Assembly: GCA_036265735.1 (NCBI GenBank)
Contig: DATAOK010000050.1
Span: 3,968-67,967, forward strand
Source of the DNA: Gaiellaceae bacterium
GTDB lineage: Bacteria > Actinomycetota > Thermoleophilia > Gaiellales > Gaiellaceae
Direction: 5' to 3'
DNA: 64,000 bases
The notes under the pieces were generated by a model, which saw only the letters and a program-made list of their open reading frames with translations, was not told the DNA's origin and ran no database searches. Positions 49,330-57,568 of this stretch are shown here, piece by piece (position 1 is the first letter of the stretch; the number at the start of each line of letters is the position of its first letter). The translations under genes were made by a program, and so were the position numbers.

Positions 49330-52091
49330 GTCGGCGCGCCCTCTTTCGCGCGCTCGCCGCAGCCCTGGTCGTGGCCGCGGCAGGAGTGCTTCTCACCTCG
49401 GCGGCTGCGCGGAACAGCGCCTCGCTCAACGTGGGCTGGGGCGGTTTCGGCAACACACCGGACGAGAACCGCCACTCGCCGCTGACGGACATCACGCCGA
49501 AGAACGCGTCCCAGCTCGCGCGCGTGTACATGGTCGACTTCCACGCGATCGACGCGGGCACACGGCGCGGCGAGCAGTCGTTCCCCGTCGAGGCGAACGG
49601 CACGTTGTACGTGACGACGAACGACGACAACGTGTGGGCGGTCGACGCGCTCACCGGCAAGGTCAAGTGGCGCTGGACGCCGGATGATGTCGCAGTCTTC
49701 AGGAACTTCGGCATCGTCGCCAACCGCGGCGTTGCGCTCTGCGACGGTCACGTCTTCGAGTTGACGCTCGACATGACGATCGTGTCGCTCGACGCGCAGA
49801 CCGGAAAGCTCGAGAAGCAGGTGCCGATCGCGCGCGCGGTTCCTGGGGCCTCGTCGAACTACGGTTACTCTGAGACAAGCGCGCCGATCTGCGCGAATCA
49901 CCACGTGATCATCGGCGCGGCGGGCTCCGAGTACGGGGTCCGCGGCTTCGTCATGGCGTATCACACCGACCTCACGCCGGCGTGGCCGAATCCGTTTTGG
50001 ACGATCCCGCCCGCCGGTACCGAGTGGCGCAAGAACGGCACGCTCGTCGGCGGCGGTGTCGTGTGGACGCCGACGACGGTCGATCCGACGACGAACACGC
50101 TCTACTTCGGCACGGGCTCGGCGACGCCGCTCTACTTCCCGCAGATCCGGCCCGGCTCGAACCCGCGCGCGGACTCGCTCGTCGCGGTCAACCTCTCGAC
50201 CGGGCGCATGAAGTGGTGGCAGCAGCAGATGGCGCACAACGAGTGGTCATACGACACTGCGCAGCCTCCGCTCGTCTACACCGCGAAGGTCGGCGGCAAG
50301 ACTGAGCGCGTCGTCTCCGTCGCGACGATGGAGGGCGTCTGGTTCGCGTACGACGCGGCGACGGGGCGTCCGATCTATCAGCGCGTCAAGGTCATCGACC
50401 GTACAGAGCACCCCACGCTGAAGCCCGGCAAGCCGGTCGCCGTCTTCCCGTCGTCGCTCGGCGGCCTCAACTACTCGCCCGCGTCGTTCGACCCGAAGAC
50501 GAACTACATCTACAACGCGGCGGCGGAGACGGCTGCGATCGATGTGCAGACGGAGCTGACGCCGACGCAGAAGAAGCGGAAGTTCACGCTCGGCGACGTG
50601 TTCCTCGGCCTGCAGAACGGCAACTTCGGGACACTGCTGCCCGGCTGGAAGGACCACGGCTCGATCAGCGCGATTGACGTCAACACCGGCAAGCGCGTCT
50701 GGAAGTTCCAGACCCCCGAGCCGGAGCGCGGCGGCGTCACGACGACCGACGGCGGCGTCGGGTTCGCGGGCGGCGGCGACGGCGTGCTCCGCGCATTCGA
50801 CGCGAAGACGGGCAAGGTGCTCTGGACCTATCAGTGCGGCGCGCCGATCGCCGCAGGCCCGTCGGTGTACTCGATCAACGGGAAAGAGTTCGTCGCAATC
50901 ACGGTCGGCGGCACACCGACGTCGTCCAACGGCGGCACGCTCAGTCAGCTGCACGTGTTCTCGCTCGGCGGCACGACGACGCAGTCCGCGTCTCAGTCTG
51001 CGCCGCGTGCGCTTCAGGTCTTGCGGAAGCCGGCGCATGCGACGCGCGCAAAGCGTGTTGCGGCGACCGGCTTCGGCAGCATCGCGACACAGAGCGGGCT
51101 GAACGTGAAGCTGTGGGACGCCAACTCGTCGAACGTCCAGCATGTGACGGGACGGATTCTCCTGAACGGCGCGCCGGTCAAGGGCGCTGCGGTCGTGATG
51201 GACGGCTACCGCATCCCCGGCCTGACCGGCGCAAACGGCAGCTTCGCGACCGACGTCGACATCACGATCCCCGGCCGCCGATCGTTGCGGGTCGCATCGG
51301 TCAAGGGCGCGACGTTGCGCGGCAAACCGCTTACTGCGGGCCAGCAGAGCGCGGTGCTCGGCGCGTCCGGCGGCTTCAGCATCGGCTACGGCATCACCGG
51401 CCTGCACGCGGCGAGGCAGAGCGACGGCAGCATCCTTGTGACGGGGCGGCTCGCCGGCGCGAACAAGCAGGCGCCGCCGCTCGTGCACCTCCTGACCTAC
51501 CAACTCGGCGGCACGATTACCGACGCGTCCGGCAAGCCCGTTGCGGGCGCCGTTGTGATCACGCGCACGCAGGACCGCGACTTCTGGACGCACTCGTCCG
51601 CGTCGGATGCGAACGGGCACTACACGTCGTTCTTCTCCGCTTCCGACGAGTCGGGTGCCGATCCGGTTCCTCTTGCGGTCGGCGTCGCGCAGGGCAGCGT
51701 CTCGTACGGCGGCAATCTCGGCACGAACGTCAACTTCGCGCTGCTGAAGAGCGCGACGATGAACATCCATCTGGGCGCCGGGACGAGCTACACGGTGCTG
51801 CCGCCGGCCGAGCGCGGCGGCGCGGTGTACTCCGGGCTCGTCGTCGGGGTCGTCAGCGGCGGCAAGGTCGTCAAGCCGCTCGCAGAGCGGTGGCCGAGCG
51901 GGAACGGGACGTTCTCGATGAAGCTGCCGGCGTCCGTCCGCGGCAAGACCGTGCGCTTCTGGGAGAACCTCCGCCAGTCGTTCTCGAGCTTCGCCGCGAG
52001 ACCGGGCGGCCCGATCGACCTCAGCACCTGGCCGGCGGCCCTCGGCGATTCGGTGCCCGTGGGTATGGCTTCGCTCAAGCTTCCGGGTTAG
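49326..52091 (+). CDS. PQQ-dependent dehydrogenase-like 8-bladed beta-propeller protein with a C-terminal extension of about 330 aa (carboxypeptidase-regulatory-like repeats)
   Basis: ATGA overlap with the upstream vWA gene (internal ATG of track ORF 48330..52091). MSRRALFRAL... is a Tat-like N-terminus. PQQ-enzyme repeats include ...GTLYVTTNDDNVWAVDALTGKVKWRW... and ...VLRAFDAKTGKVLWTYQ... The C-terminus has GRILLNGAPVKGAAVV...GANGSF and GTITDASGKPVAGAVVITRT...DANGHY. Confidence 0.85.
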   Translation: MSRRALFRALAAALVVAAAGVLLTSAAARNSASLNVGWGGFGNTPDENRHSPLTDITPKNASQLARVYMVDFHAIDAGTRRGEQSFPVEANGTLYVTTNDDNVWAVDALTGKVKWRWTPDDVAVFRNFGIVANRGVALCDGHVFELTLDMTIVSLDAQTGKLEKQVPIARAVPGASSNYGYSETSAPICANHHVIIGAAGSEYGVRGFVMAYHTDLTPAWPNPFWTIPPAGTEWRKNGTLVGGGVVWTPTTVDPTTNTLYFGTGSATPLYFPQIRPGSNPRADSLVAVNLSTGRMKWWQQQMAHNEWSYDTAQPPLVYTAKVGGKTERVVSVATMEGVWFAYDAATGRPIYQRVKVIDRTEHPTLKPGKPVAVFPSSLGGLNYSPASFDPKTNYIYNAAAETAAIDVQTELTPTQKKRKFTLGDVFLGLQNGNFGTLLPGWKDHGSISAIDVNTGKRVWKFQTPEPERGGVTTTDGGVGFAGGGDGVLRAFDAKTGKVLWTYQCGAPIAAGPSVYSINGKEFVAITVGGTPTSSNGGTLSQLHVFSLGGTTTQSASQSAPRALQVLRKPAHATRAKRVAATGFGSIATQSGLNVKLWDANSSNVQHVTGRILLNGAPVKGAAVVMDGYRIPGLTGANGSFATDVDITIPGRRSLRVASVKGATLRGKPLTAGQQSAVLGASGGFSIGYGITGLHAARQSDGSILVTGRLAGANKQAPPLVHLLTYQLGGTITDASGKPVAGAVVITRTQDRDFWTHSSASDANGHYTSFFSASDESGADPVPLAVGVAQGSVSYGGNLGTNVNFALLKSATMNIHLGAGTSYTVLPPAERGGAVYSGLVVGVVSGGKVVKPLAERWPSGNGTFSMKLPASVRGKTVRFWENLRQSFSSFAARPGGPIDLSTWPAALGDSVPVGMASLKLPG

Positions 52092-52117
52092 CCGACCGCA
52101 CAGATCGAATTCGCCGC

Positions 52118-52188
52118 CGGCCGCGTCAGCGGCCGCGCTTTAGGGGTCTTAAGCGCGTGCCGGGATTCGTGTTCGCGAATCCCGGCAC
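52118..52188 (+). repeat. post-stop 'hairpin-TTTAGGGGT-hairpin' module, copy A
   Basis: CGGCCGC-GTCA-GCGGCCG, CGC, TTTAGGGGT, CTTAAGCGC, then GTGCCGGGATTCG-TGTTCG-CGAATCCCGGCAC. It starts 26 nt after the 52091 stop. Confidence 0.5.
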
Positions 52189-52319
52189 TGCGTAGGCAAC
52201 CCAGCCGAAAGGCTGTATCGGGTGCGCCGGACCGGCGCTACCCTGCGAGCTCAGGGAGAGTGCGGCACCTGGGGAGGGCCGAGGCGTGAGAAAACCACCG
52301 AGTCCGGGAACGCGGACGC

Positions 52320-53027
52320 ATGGCTAACGGCAGGAATTGGCTCCTGCGCTGGTTCGATGCGGACTGGTACCGCTACCTGCGCACGCGCTATCCCGAGCGG
52401 CTGCTCTTCCTCCTGCCCGTCCTGCTCGGGCTGCTCGCGTGGGCTGGATTCGCCGCGGTCAGCGCGATGGGCAGCAGCAAGCCCGCGACCGAGAGCTACG
52501 TCCGGCTCGATACGACGGTGATCAGGACCGTGAAGGTTCGTGAGCACGGCAAGGTCGTGATCAAGCGGATCCCGGAGATCAAGCACATCTACGCGAAGCC
52601 GGTCACCGTGATGCGGACGCGCACCGTCCAGACGCCGGGCGGGACGAAGGTCATAACGGAGCCCGTCGTCCGCTACAAGCCGGTCTACCGCCGCAAGGTC
52701 GTGCTCGTGCACGGCAAGGCGGTCACCGTCAATCAGATCGTCACGAACACGCGGATGCTCACCGACACGCAGATGCTCACGGTGACGAACGAGCACACGG
52801 TCGTCAACGAGCACACGAGCACCGTCGTGAACAGCCAGACCGTGAGCCAGACGGTGAATCAGACGCAGACGGTCACGAAGACGGAAACGGCGCCGATCAT
52901 CACCGTCACGGTCGATCCGATCACGGTGACCGAGCACGAGACGGTGACTCAGCCGCCGGACACCGTGACAGTGACGACGCCCGGAGACACCGTCACCGTC
53001 ACAGTGACCGATACAAGCGGCGGCTAG
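52320..53027 (+). CDS. membrane-anchored Thr/Val-rich low-complexity protein
   Basis: 235 aa. One TM segment (LLFLLPVLLGLLAWAGFAAV), then about 170 aa dominated by (T/V)-x-T-V patterns (…TVTVDPITVTEHETVTQPPDTVTVTTPGDTVTVTVTD). Confidence 0.55.
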   Translation: MANGRNWLLRWFDADWYRYLRTRYPERLLFLLPVLLGLLAWAGFAAVSAMGSSKPATESYVRLDTTVIRTVKVREHGKVVIKRIPEIKHIYAKPVTVMRTRTVQTPGGTKVITEPVVRYKPVYRRKVVLVHGKAVTVNQIVTNTRMLTDTQMLTVTNEHTVVNEHTSTVVNSQTVSQTVNQTQTVTKTETAPIITVTVDPITVTEHETVTQPPDTVTVTTPGDTVTVTVTDTSGG

Positions 53028-53030
53028 CCG

Positions 53031-53354
53031 TCAGCCGCTCATCACGTCGTGCAGCTCGTACCACCCTTCGCGGTCGGGTGGGGTGAAGCTGTCGTCGCCA
53101 CGCGCCTGCGCGTCGGCTCCCATGCGCTCGAGGATCGGCATGAGCGTCTCGGCGATGAAGCGCTCGCCCTGCTCCCGCGTCTCCCAAACGTCGAAGATGC
53201 GGAACACGCCGGCGTCGGTGTCGAAGCCTGCGGTGTGGATCAGTGCGCCGTCCGGCGCCTCTTGGAGATTGAGCTCGGCTGTAACGGCGTCGTAGTTCGT
53301 CGTGCTCGTGTCACCGTCGCGGATCGCGAACTCCTGGATAAAGGCAACCGGCAT
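53031..53354 (-). CDS. small cytoplasmic protein, dimeric alpha/beta-barrel (ABM-like) guess
   Basis: 107 aa track ORF with good codon bias. The family assignment is tentative. Confidence 0.5.
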   Translation of the reverse strand: MPVAFIQEFAIRDGDTSTTNYDAVTAELNLQEAPDGALIHTAGFDTDAGVFRIFDVWETREQGERFIAETLMPILERMGADAQARGDDSFTPPDREGWYELHDVMSG

Positions 53355-53393
53355 TCCTGCTCCTTTGCTGTTGGGGTCCCAGCGCTGACGCGA

Positions 53394-53807
53394 TTATGTC
53401 GCGTGGCCGCGCTCCTGCAGGAGCCAGAGGTTGCCGTCAGGATCGCGGAACTCCGCGAACGTGTTGTAGTCGGCGCGCTCCGGGTGCGGGCCGTCGGTCC
53501 ACGCACCGTCCTTCATGTGGCGAAGGTTGACGACCTCGACGCCGCGTGAGACGAGCTCGTCGCGCGCCGCGACGATGTCCGCGACCATCAGGTGCAGGCC
53601 CTTGATCGAGCCGGGTGTCATGTCGCTGATTCCGGTTCCGATCGCGATCGAGCAGGCGGAGCCGGGCGGGTTCAGCTGCACGACGCGAAAGCTCTCGCCG
53701 GCGCGATGGTCGACGTGCACGTCGAAGCCTGCCTGCTCCGTGTAGAAGGTCTTGGCCCGGTCGACGTCCGACACCGGGACGATGACAAGCTCGAGTGTGT
53801 AGTCCAT
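53394..53807 (-). CDS. VOC (glyoxalase/bleomycin-resistance) family protein
   Basis: 137 aa. ...LELVIVPVSDVDRAKTFYTEQAGF...GLHLMVADIVAARDELVSRGVEV. Confidence 0.85.
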   Translation of the reverse strand: MDYTLELVIVPVSDVDRAKTFYTEQAGFDVHVDHRAGESFRVVQLNPPGSACSIAIGTGISDMTPGSIKGLHLMVADIVAARDELVSRGVEVVNLRHMKDGAWTDGPHPERADYNTFAEFRDPDGNLWLLQERGHAT

Positions 53808-53819
53808 GCGGTTCCCCCC

Positions 53820-55277
53820 TTAGTGAGCGTTGGTCGAGAAGGCGACCACCTCAGGCGTGCTCTCTGCGCCGTGTTTCACACCCGCGCCGACGACGAGCAG
53901 GTCGCCGACGACGGTCGGGCACGAATTGATCCCGGCGGGCATCCGCGCGTGCCAGAGCTGTTGCCCGGTGCGCGTCGAGAACGCGTAGATCGTTCCCTCG
54001 TAGGTCGCCGTGAAGACGACGTCGTTCGCTACGGTCGCGCAGCCGAACGACGGTGACGGCAGCCGGCGCTCCCAGAGCGGCTTGCCGTTAGAGGCGTCCA
54101 GAGCGAGAAGCCGGCCGCGCGCCTTCGTGAGGTCGAGATCGGTGACGGGGTGGCTCGTCGTCGCGCCGCCGATGCCGCAGAGGTCGACGACGGGAACGAA
54201 CAGGCGGTTGTCGGCGTAGGCCATCGGCGTTTCGACGCCGCCGAGAAGGTTGGGACAGACGGTGACCGGCGTCGCCGGCAGTGGGCCGAGGTCGTTGCGA
54301 TGCGTCCCGACGACGGTGCTCCACCGTCGCCTGTGCGTCGTGCGGTCCCACGCGACGACGCGCCCCGCTTTACCCGCGCCGAGGACCAGATCGCCCGCGA
54401 GAACCGGCGTCGCCTCGAAGTCGTAGTCGCGCACGTCGTGCGGCGTCACCTGATCCGTCCAGTCGAGTGCACCGGTATTCGCGTCAAGCACGACAAGCGA
54501 GTCGGTGTACCTCGCCGGCCCGGGGAACGCGCTGCCGTTCGGGAACCGGGCGGTGCCGCCCCAGGGCCCCGGGTTGGCGGTGCCGGCGTACAGCTTCCCG
54601 CCCGAGTCGACCGAGACCGGGTACCAGATCCCACCGCCGCCGGACTGCTGCGGATGCGTCCACGCGCGGTCGATCGTGTCGAAGCGCCAGCGCGCGACGC
54701 CGGTCGCGGCGTCAAGCCCGTAGATCTTCCCGCGGCCGCCGGGCGCGTAGCCGACCGTGCCGACGAAGACGAAATTCTTCCACGGAACAGGAGCGACGTC
54801 GACGAACTGCTCCTGCGCGTTCGTGAGATGCCTTTGCCAAAGCTCGCGGCCGTTCGCGGCTGCAAGCGCGAAGGCGTCGGTGTCCGTCGCGCCGTAGACG
54901 CGGCCGCCCTCGACGGCGATTCCGTTCGGGCCTTCGTTCGGCGCGTCGTAGTGGTGCGCCCAGCGAATCTTCCCGGTCTTCCGGTCGAGTGCGAAGACGT
55001 TGCTGCGGAGATCCTGGATGTAGACCGTGTCGGCATCCGCGACCGGCGGTGCAGAGAAGATCCCGGTCGCGGTCGGCGGCCCCGTCAGTGAAAACCGCCA
55101 GGCGGGTCGCAGTGCATGGACGTTCGCCGCGGTGATCGTCGAGTGCGCTGCGGCGCGGGTGCCGTTGAGGTCGCCGCCCGGAAGCGGCCACGTGCTGTGC
55201 TTCGCGCCGCCGCAACCGGCTACAACCGCAACAACGAAACTGGCGCCGAGCGCGACGCGTACGACCCAGAGGAACAT
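53820..55277 (-). CDS. PQQ-like beta-propeller lipoprotein
   Basis: Lipobox VVAGCGG. Repeats ...VFALDRKTGKIRW..., ...IYGLDAATGVARWRF..., ...LLALDASNGKPLWERR..., ...IYAFSTRTGQQLW. Contains an HDVRDYD motif. Confidence 0.8.
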   Translation of the reverse strand: MFLWVVRVALGASFVVAVVAGCGGAKHSTWPLPGGDLNGTRAAAHSTITAANVHALRPAWRFSLTGPPTATGIFSAPPVADADTVYIQDLRSNVFALDRKTGKIRWAHHYDAPNEGPNGIAVEGGRVYGATDTDAFALAAANGRELWQRHLTNAQEQFVDVAPVPWKNFVFVGTVGYAPGGRGKIYGLDAATGVARWRFDTIDRAWTHPQQSGGGGIWYPVSVDSGGKLYAGTANPGPWGGTARFPNGSAFPGPARYTDSLVVLDANTGALDWTDQVTPHDVRDYDFEATPVLAGDLVLGAGKAGRVVAWDRTTHRRRWSTVVGTHRNDLGPLPATPVTVCPNLLGGVETPMAYADNRLFVPVVDLCGIGGATTSHPVTDLDLTKARGRLLALDASNGKPLWERRLPSPSFGCATVANDVVFTATYEGTIYAFSTRTGQQLWHARMPAGINSCPTVVGDLLVVGAGVKHGAESTPEVVAFSTNAH

Positions 55278-55307
55278 GCTGCCTCGTCCCTATCATGGAT
55301 CCCGATC

Positions 55308-56228
55308 GTGGCGCGTCCCTCGCTGAAGCTCGTGCTGCTCGCCGGGGTCGTGCTGCTCGCCGCGGGGGCGGTCGTGGCTGCACTCGTCTTGCGGAGCACT
55401 CCTGCCTCGCCGTCGGCGTCGACCGCAGCGGCGTCCACCGCACCGAACGCAGGTTTCCCCGTCCCGCCGAAGGGCGGCGTGCTCTTTGCGCGCCAGATGG
55501 GCGGTGAGGCGCTGGCGCTCGGTGTCGTGCCGAAAGGCAGCGGCGTCCTCGTGCAGGCGTCCGTGCTGAGCGGGCAGGGCCAGGGCGTGCCCGGCCTCGC
55601 CGTGTCACTCAACGGGAAGCCCGCAGCCGCGTGCGGGAGCGGCTGCTACAGCAGGACGTTCGCCGGCACGCCGAAGAGCGTCACCGTCCACGTGCGCTCG
55701 ACGACGTGGAACGTTTCGCTGCCGACGCCGTGGCCGCCGCGCGACGGCACCGCGATCGTCGACCAGGCGACCGCCGCCTGGCGCGCGCTCGACTCGTTGA
55801 CGTTCAACGAGCATCTCGCATCCGATGCGATCCACGCGACGACGAGCACATGGCGCATCCAGGCGCCGAATCGCGTCGCGTACACGATCACCGGCGGAGG
55901 CGCCGACGGGATCATTGTCGGCGACAAGCGCTGGGACCGCACGACACCGAACGCGAGGTGGATCGAGTCGCCGCAGAGCGAGCTGACGCAGCCCGTGCCG
56001 CCGTGGACGGCCGTGCGCGATGCGCACGTCCTCGCCGCGGAGACGTTCGAGGGCCACCCCGCCTGGCTCATCTCGTTCTTCGACCCGGGCACCCCGGGCT
56101 GGTTCACGGCCGTCATCGAGCAGAAGACATACCGCACGCTGGAGACTCAGATGATCGCGACGGCGCACTTCATGCACGACGTCTACGGCGCGTTCAACGC
56201 AACGCCGCCGATCACGCCGCCGCAGTAA
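55308..56228 (+). CDS. hypothetical membrane-anchored/secreted protein
   Basis: GTG 55308 inside track ORF 55116..56228. TM anchor LKLVLLAGVVLLAAGAVVAALVL. Divergent from the PQQ-like lipoprotein with a 30-bp spacer. Confidence 0.55.
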   Translation: MARPSLKLVLLAGVVLLAAGAVVAALVLRSTPASPSASTAAASTAPNAGFPVPPKGGVLFARQMGGEALALGVVPKGSGVLVQASVLSGQGQGVPGLAVSLNGKPAAACGSGCYSRTFAGTPKSVTVHVRSTTWNVSLPTPWPPRDGTAIVDQATAAWRALDSLTFNEHLASDAIHATTSTWRIQAPNRVAYTITGGGADGIIVGDKRWDRTTPNARWIESPQSELTQPVPPWTAVRDAHVLAAETFEGHPAWLISFFDPGTPGWFTAVIEQKTYRTLETQMIATAHFMHDVYGAFNATPPITPPQ

Positions 56229-57504
56229 ACGCCGGCTCGGGCGTTACAAGGCGCGTGCGCTCGCGCTTGCCGATGCGCAGTGAGAGACCGGCGGCGAGCA
56301 GGCAGAGCGCGCCGGCACTGAGGAACGCGTAGTTGTACGTGCCGAACCACGTGCGCGTCGCGCCGCCGAACCACGCCGCGAACGCGGCCCCGAGCTGATG
56401 CGATGCGTAGATCCACCCGAAGACGATGCCGACGCGCTCGCGGCCGAAGTGATTTGCCGCGAGCATGACCGTCGGCGGCACCGTCGCGACCCAGTCGAGG
56501 CCGTAGAACACGGCGAACGCGACGAGCGCATAGCCCGAGCCGAACGCCACCGGCAGCGCGATGATCGCGAGGCCGCGAAGCGCGTAGTACCAGGCAAGCA
56601 GCAGCCGCGGGTCGAGCCGGTCGGTGAGCCAGCCGGAGCACGTCGTCCCGATCACGTCGAAGAGCCCCATCAGGGCCAGGAGTGACGCGCCGGTGACCTC
56701 GGTCAGGTGGTGGTCGATCGCCGCGGGGATCAGGTGCGTGCCGACGAGCCCGTTCGTCGAGAGGCCGCAGATGAAGAACGTCGCGCAAAGCAGCCAGAAC
56801 GCGCGCGACTGGACGCCGAGCAGAAGGCCGTCGATCGCGGGGCGGAACGGCCGGTCCGACCGCTCGGGCACGGGGACAGGCTCGGTCGCGCCGTACGGCT
56901 CCAGACCGACGGACTGTGGCCGGTCGCGCACGAAGATCGCGACGATCGGGAAGACGATCAGCATCGCGACGAGTGCGACGGCGACTGCCGCCCAGCGCCA
57001 GCCGTACGCGGTCGCAAGCCACGCAAGCGCAGGGAGGAACACCATCTGCCCGCTGGCGTTCGACGCGGTGAGGATCCCGGTGACGAGCCCGCGCCGCTGC
57101 TCGAACCAGCGGTTGGCGACGGTGGCTGCGAGCGGCACCGACACCGCGCCGGTTGCGCTGCCGACGACGACGCCCCACAGCAGGTCGAGCTGCCACGGCG
57201 AATCCATCAGCGTCGTGAGCGAGGCGCCGGTCGCGATCGTCGCCAGCGCGATCAACATCACGCGGCGAACGCCGAAGCGCTCCATCAGCGCTGCCGAGAA
57301 CGGTGCCGTCAGGCCGAAGAGCACGAGCCCGAGCGAGATCGCGACGGAGATCGTGCCGCTCGACCACCCGTACTCGTTCTCCAGCGGGACGATCAGCACG
57401 CCCGGCGTCGCGCGAAAGCCTGCGGTCGTGATCAGGGTGACGAAGGTGACGAGGACGATCAGCCACGCGTAGTGGCGACGTCTCTTGGTGAGGCGGTCGA
57501 GCAT
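56212..57504 (-). CDS. MFS transporter
   Basis: 430 aa, 12 TM pattern. Confidence 0.85.
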   Translation of the reverse strand: MLDRLTKRRRHYAWLIVLVTFVTLITTAGFRATPGVLIVPLENEYGWSSGTISVAISLGLVLFGLTAPFSAALMERFGVRRVMLIALATIATGASLTTLMDSPWQLDLLWGVVVGSATGAVSVPLAATVANRWFEQRRGLVTGILTASNASGQMVFLPALAWLATAYGWRWAAVAVALVAMLIVFPIVAIFVRDRPQSVGLEPYGATEPVPVPERSDRPFRPAIDGLLLGVQSRAFWLLCATFFICGLSTNGLVGTHLIPAAIDHHLTEVTGASLLALMGLFDVIGTTCSGWLTDRLDPRLLLAWYYALRGLAIIALPVAFGSGYALVAFAVFYGLDWVATVPPTVMLAANHFGRERVGIVFGWIYASHQLGAAFAAWFGGATRTWFGTYNYAFLSAGALCLLAAGLSLRIGKRERTRLVTPEPAFTAAA

Positions 57505-57568
57505 GCTCTACGGCTAAAACGACGAGTTTTTCTTCCCTAATCCGCCGTTCGCGGGCTAGTCTGCCTCC

